A stretch of 64,000 bases of DNA from Chrysomallon squamiferum. Its lineage: Eukaryota > Animalia > Mollusca. The position numbers were made by a program, and so were the translations under genes. Every line of letters starts with the position of its first letter. The first letter of the stretch is position 1. The DNA is taken from the NCBI GenBank assembly GCA_012295275.1, contig CM022673.1, forward strand, positions 372,001 through 436,000. The letters are read 5' to 3'. This document shows positions 1-64,000 of the stretch, in pieces. Below the pieces are notes generated by a model. The model saw only the letters and a program-made list of their open reading frames with translations, did not search any database and was not told where the DNA came from.

Positions 1-374
1 TATTTATTTAAATTGTTTATTATTCTTACAAATCTGTCTACACACAACTACAGAAAGGAAAATACGAAAGTAAAAAAGAAAGAAAAAAAAAAAAAAAAAA
101 AAAAATAAGTCGATCGACCGCAAAATTCTTTAACATATTGGTTTTTTATAATTTAATTAGTAATGTATAAAAACAGTAACAGATTTATTTTATCTATTTC
201 TGAATGAAATTAAACATAAAATTGCGAAATTAAATAAAGTAGAAGATTATTGAATCTTGATTTAGCTTAATGTTTCATTTCACTTTATTGCGGTGACTGA
301 TTAAACAAATGAAAACCATGTTGTGTTTTTGTCATATATATTTTTAGCTCATATCAAATAATATGAAGACAGAG

Positions 375-376
<2 letters not shown>

Positions 377-442
<66 letters not shown>
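377..442. repeat. (GA)n microsatellite; similar long GA/CT tracts near 8603-8687, 15676-15758, 33318-33421, 37657-37745, 39553-39648 and 42238-42414
   Basis: Directly visible; these explain the RERERE/LSLSLS ORFs in the track. Confidence 0.97.
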
Positions 443-443
<1 letters not shown>

Positions 444-896
444 ATTTGGAATTAGCTTTATCAGTTATTGCAGAAAAGGAAGAGTTTCAAAATCATTATT
501 TTTAAGACAAAGGAATCTTCTAGAAAACACGTTTATTATTATTATTATTATTATTAATATATATTTTCCTTTGAGTTTCTGCTTATACAAAAACTTCTTT
601 CTAATTGAAGAGCTACCCTTAATGTGAAGGAATTTTACAACAAACAAAAATTCAAGATATAAAATAAACGAATACAAACAACAAAGAAACAAAATGTAAG
701 TAATTTTTATTGATATATATATATATATATTTTTTTAATTCAAGAAATAAGCTAAAATATATGAAATCATTTAACGCAAGAAAGACAAATATTTTATTAT
801 GTGATAAGAATACTGTGCAGTTAAAATGTAATTCATATACAAATTAAGTTTAATAAAAGATGCAGTTAAATCAGGCTGAAATAAATAAGATCAAGT

Positions 897-1192
897 TATG
901 TATGTATCTATGTATGTATGTATGTATGTATGTTTGTGTGTATGTATGTATGTATATATGTGTGTGTGTATGTATGTATGTATGTGTGTGTGTGTATGTA
1001 TGCATCTATGTATGTATGTATGTTTGTATGTAAGTATGTATGTATCGGTGTATGTGTGTATGTACGAACGTGTATGTACGTACATGCCTGTATATATGTA
1101 TGTATGTATAAAATGTGTATATATATAACTATAGATGTATGTGTGTGTATGTATGTATGTATGTATGTATGCACCTATGTATGTATGTATGT
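897..1192. repeat. Compound (TATG)n/(TG)n microsatellite
   Basis: Directly visible; explains the MYVC/HTYI ORFs. Confidence 0.97.
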
Positions 1193-3156
1193 ATTTATCA
1201 TTCAAGCTTATTCATGTACACAATAATAAACTAAAAGTGCAGGACGACACATTTAATAATGTTGATAATCTCTTCTCTACAGTCGTCGTGGTTGTCGTTG
1301 TAAAATGTGTTTCTTCTTATCTATTCTTAAACAGAACCAAACAGAACAGAATAAATTAGTAATTATCTACAGCATCAGCATTGTGCACCACGTGATCTAG
1401 GGGTGATGTGGACAATACTAAGTGTAAACGACTTGACGTATTACAATTGAAATGCTAACGAAGACAGACAGTACGACATACACCATAAACACGGTAATAC
1501 AAACAGTGTACGTCAAATTATAATCACGTGATTAATTGTAACAGACGCAAAGAAAGAAAGAAGAGCAGAAATAAATAAATAAAAACAGGGGAGAAAAAAA
1601 AAAAAAAAAACCCTGAAAAGTGCACAGATTAGTGAAACAACATTATTAATAAAACAGTTACAGTATGAAATTATTATTATTTTTTTTAAGTTCTGTAACA
1701 GTAGAATCGGATATAATATGGATTTTTAAATTATTTTTTATTCAATTTAATGCAGAAAGAATAACTTTGATGAATAATGGTTGAATAACTGAATGAATAA
1801 ATAAATAAATAATCATCAATTGCACAAAACCCCCAAACAACCAGCTAATTAATGCACATTATAATTTAAAAGCTATAACAGACAACTATTAATTATTGAA
1901 ACAAACTGATCACAGACAAACTATAACAGTGATTGTGTTCTGTATTCAGTGACCTTGCTTTTTGAAACTGATTCATATTCTCAGGTGTTGCTTTCGACGT
2001 TTGCTCCTTCCTTTTAAAAATTACACACCTTTTTAATATTATTAAACTTTATGCTGCTATTTAACACAAGCATAAAACAGTAATTCATCGTCAACTTTTT
2101 TTCAAATATAATGTTATAGGTTATATTGTATTTTATTATTGCTAGTGACAGACATATATTTTATGAATGCTTTATATTAATTAATTATTCCCATCTCCTT
2201 AATTTATTATCTATATCATTCTATATATCACAGTGCTGTGATCATTATGTATATGTTTAGTACTTTATAAAATGTAATTATAATCATAGCTTATTGTTGT
2301 TCCTTCTTTTTTTTTAAAATTATAATTGTGTGCAGACACTGTATATACTTAGAGGTAACATCTTTGATTTAACCATTTGTTTGGATTTAACAAAACGATT
2401 GCTGTCAATAACTGACAGATATTTCACGTTGCCAGAACATTGTATTCAGGAGAAACTATCAGTAACTCTTTGTGCGTCACACACCAATATAGTACACATA
2501 TCTGTTATAGTATATATATAAACAAAAAACAAAAAACATAATTATTATTATCATTATTAAGAACTAATAGTGCCTTTAAATACATTACATATATTCTTTT
2601 CATATATTTGAAAAATACAGAATCAAGAAGCAATAACAACAACAACTTAAAACAACAACAGTAACATAAAACCAGCTATTTTAGCTTGACTAAGACAAAA
2701 TACTATATTTTATTATTCATCTGTAACAAACACTTATCATATTCTACAAATCAAGAAAAACAAAGGTGCTATCATACAACATGACTATCATTAATGATTT
2801 GAAGACTAATGCTGAATTTCCACCTAGTATACTAATATTAGTAAAACTGTTTTGTAAATACGATGTACATGCTTCAGATGACTGTATATTATTCACATCA
2901 TTATTGTAATATTTTTGTAATATGTTTATTAAGATTTAAAAGCAGAATATATATTTAATTCACCTTGGTAATTTCCTTAAATTATTAATATTATCATGGT
3001 CGTTGAAATAATGAGTTAACTACGGTAGGCAATACCATCAAATATAGTATTCAGTAATACTGATATTTATAGGAAAAACAACCGAATATACAGGCCAGAA
3101 AATCACAGAACATTAAATAATTTTAAGCACATATAAATGAAACATATATATATTTA

Positions 3157-3234
3157 ATATATGTACCATCAATTATCTACACTGGAAAATGTATGTTTGC
3201 ATTTATCAGTTCACACGGTGCGATTTTCCTTAAC

Positions 3235-3280
<46 letters not shown>

Positions 3281-3380
3281 GTATATGATTTTGTTTTTAA
3301 AGGAAAATGGCATCGTATAAACTGATCAATGCAAACATAACCGAGTGTTTCCAATGGAGATAAATAATGATACATATATT
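3157..3380. repeat. Diverged inverted repeat (~75-bp arms around a TA/TATG microsatellite) in the putative 3' UTR
   Basis: TATGTTTGCATTTATCAGTTCACACGGTGCGATTTTCCTT pairs with AAGGAAAATGGCATCGTATAAACTGATCAATGCAAACATA. ATGTACCATCAATTATCTACACTGGAAA pairs with TTTCCAATGGAGATAAATAATGATACAT. Confidence 0.85.
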
Positions 3381-3433
3381 ACTGTCAAGTATATGAAAAA
3401 GAAGAAACAGAACTAAGAAGCAGAAACATTCTC

Positions 3434-3625
3434 CTAAACTTGAAATCCATTTATATTTCAAATATTAGTAATGAAAGTAGTTTTTTAAATACAACATTTT
3501 TTTAAAATAATTTTCTGCATCATGAAATAAAGTTTGTGTACGATAAACCATTGGAAAGTGTAGGGAATCACTAGCTCAAAGCCAGGACGAAAAAAAAAAA
3601 ATCGGATTTCGGGATTTTAAAATTT
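3434..3625. mobile_element. Second degraded Tigger4/MER46-like fragment, downstream of the stop codon
   Basis: CTAAACTTGAAATCCATTTATATTTCA...TGCATCATGAAATAAAGTTTGTGTACGATAAACCATTGGAAAG...TCGGATTTCGGGATTTT. It shares blocks with 23112-23370 and with the recalled MER46 consensus. Confidence 0.45.
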
Positions 3626-4599
3626 TTGAAGATGATCTTCAATCCAGAAAGACAGACAAACACCCCCCACGCACACACACAGCACCACATTACACATGTA
3701 AACGATGAATTGAAAAAAAAAAGAAAAAAAAAGTATTTCATGAAATATTCCATCGTTAAAGATATAATATTCAGGTTTGGTGTGTCGTGCAAAATACATT
3801 TAGAAATAATATACACAAATCAATTCACTGATCTGATCGTTCTTTTTTCTAACCAAAAGTAAATAAATAAATAAAAAATAGTGAAATAAAATGAAAAATG
3901 AAAAAAAAGAAAGAAAAGGAAAATAGGAAGGAAAGATATAATTATAATATAGTATATTTACATTTCACTAAAGACAATTCATATTCTGCGAGTCAAAGCG
4001 AGAGAAATTCGAGCACATGAAATATAAACTCCTGAGTACAGACTCGTGACAAATGTTTATTTTGTAAGGAAAGTATATTACAGTAAATATATACATGACA
4101 AAAACATTTCTCTGAATGATAAAGAAAAAAAATATCATTTGATAATTATATTAAAGTACATAATTATTATGAGAAACAAACACCACAGTACATACCAGTG
4201 ATTTTTTTTGTCGTTAACTATATAACAGTAGCACACAAAGAAATTATTGTAGCTCAACTCATTTGATTTAATAGTCTTTTTATTTCATTAATATCCGTCG
4301 ATTGTATTTGTTTGTTTTTTATTTTTATAAATCCACAAAGAGAAGTGACGTCATTTAAAAATTAAAAATAAATTCTGAAATTTAATTGGCTGACCTCGAC
4401 GCCTGCGCCAGTCAACGACCAATCGAAAACTGAGAACTGTATTTAATCATCCAAGACCTTTTAATGCATATTATATATATATATAAATATATATATAAAA
4501 TCAAACAAACAAAAAACAATATTGAATAAATAAAAAGAAACGACAGTCTCATCCATTGTCGTCTATTTTTTTCTTTTAAAATTAATTAATAATTTCTTT

Positions 4600-62583
<57,984 letters not shown>

Positions 62584-62592
62584 GATTCCGCC

Positions 62593-62664
62593 ATTCCACA
62601 TTTTGAAGACGTTATTCCACATTTTATAAACATTATTCCACATTCTGTAGACATTCTCCCGCAT
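62593..62664 (-). repeat. 21-bp tandem repeat upstream of and in frame with exon 1 (encodes MWNNVYK-like units)
   Basis: Plus-strand units ATTCCACATTTTGAAGACGTT, ATTCCACATTTTATAAACATT and ATTCCACATTCTGTAGACATT. Confidence 0.9.
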
Positions 62665-64000
62665 GGCACATGAGTAAAAACGTCTCTTCCACAACGCCGT
62701 TTCTCTCCAGTGTTGCGTGCGTATTCTCGCTTTCTCGACTACTTGCAGATACTAAATCAATATGTTCTGCATTTTAAACAATCGGCACACCTTGCTGTGT
62801 GTTCGCTGCTAACCATCAGTTGGCAAGATGTCAGTGTTATGATATAAGTCCAGCGAAATAAATCAGATAATGTGTATTTCAGGTATATAGTTAAAATTCT
62901 TCCTAGCATATCCAACGGCGTCTGGATCGGTGAACGTTCTCAACGTCCGCTCGTTACGTATTCGTTAGAATACTTAAAAGTGTTCTTGTTGAGTTGTGAA
63001 GTTGTGAAGTTGTGAACTTCTGAACGATGAGTACCGTGAAAGGTTGATAGTCACTTGAACTACGCTGAACAAATTGGCGAATTTTTAAATTTGTAAATAT
63101 CTTGAATAATTTCTTTCTTCCTCTTTTTCCCAAATAATTAATTTTTGGAATTCGAACTCACATCGTATTCGAGTAGAGAGTAAATTCTTTTGAGACATTT
63201 CTTAATAATCTTTTTAGTCCAGTATTCAGAAACGCAAAGTTATCGACAGCTTATATCAGTCAATTTCGCTTGAAAAAGAAAAAAAAGTCAGTTTCTTTCA
63301 GCGGCAATTACTGATTATATCCAATCACGCTTTCAATATGTAAATGTTTAACACCCATGAGATCAATTTTAACCAAAGACAGAAACACTCTTCTTCTTTT
63401 TTTTTTTCCCTCTCCTTTTTCGTTTCTTTCTAACAAAAATTGATGCGGATCAGGAGGACTGGTATATGTTGCAAAACGGTGAAAATAAATCAGTTCTTTT
63501 TGGTTTCTTAGAGAAGAGAAAACAAAAACAAAAAAGATCAAGAAATATTGATATTAAGTTACATATAGGTTGAAAATCGATTTTTTTTTTGATTTTTTTT
63601 TTAATGAGGATTTTTTATTGCAGAGTGATCAATAGTATTTCAATACCCCTATTACTAAGTCGCTCGTCTTTGGTTTGTATTTGCTGCCTTTTCTTTTGTC
63701 AAAATGATTTTTCTTTCTGTTATTCTCATAGCTCGACAACTATGTGATCATGTATTGAAAACATTACGCATGTTGGTCCTCTTATAAGCGCTGTCTTTGT
63801 CTGGCTCAATCATTCCTTTACCGGGAAGAGCTTTCTAAAGTTTCTTGCTTGTTTACCGTGTTCTCGTCGTAATACTTAGTGCGCCGAGCTTTCTGGTGGA
63901 AATCACGTCCCACGTGATTGACTATTGATCAGCACTGAAACATGAACGCCTGTGCGCGACACTTAGTGAAGATTTTGCATATTACGCCCACAACGTGAAG

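Noticed and set aside
376-1359. ORFs rich in RERE, MYVC or HTYI (also near 8400-8900, 12200-12500, 15650-16060, 39500-39870, 42200-42970 and 43950-44790)
   Set aside because: They are translations of dinucleotide and tetranucleotide microsatellites, with no domain or splice support.
63810-63945. Possible TSS (TCAGT initiator-like on the minus strand) and non-coding first-exon donors
   Set aside because: The motifs are too short and common to support without transcript data.

Overview
This is AT-rich, microsatellite-laden eukaryotic (animal) genomic DNA. A mollusc or other lophotrochozoan origin is likely, inferred from the repeat content and the protein. Almost the whole window is one minus-strand gene for a Cys-loop ligand-gated ion channel of the nicotinic acetylcholine receptor alpha type. 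I reconstructed 8 coding exons by hand: 62583-62532, 30167-30022, 14925-14881, 12044-11935, 11285-10747, 6883-6693, 5327-5229 and 4959-4600. All introns are GT-AG with compatible phases, giving 1542 nt and 513 aa, or 540 aa from an upstream in-frame ATG. The protein has a signal peptide, Cys-loop, vicinal CC in loop C, an intact aromatic box and a cation-type GEK filter. It also has atypical motifs (TTNCW, ITWLS, GIYYG) that recall the honeybee alpha5-type clade, reported to respond to monoamines. The introns and 3' region hold an internally deleted Tigger/pogo transposon, Tigger4/MER46-like fragments, old tRNA-SINE copies, a hAT-like element with a modular minisatellite, two inverted repeats able to form dsRNA, tandem repeats and many microsatellites. 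Nearly all other ORFs in the track are simple-repeat artefacts. No prokaryotic-type system (CRISPR, operon) is present.
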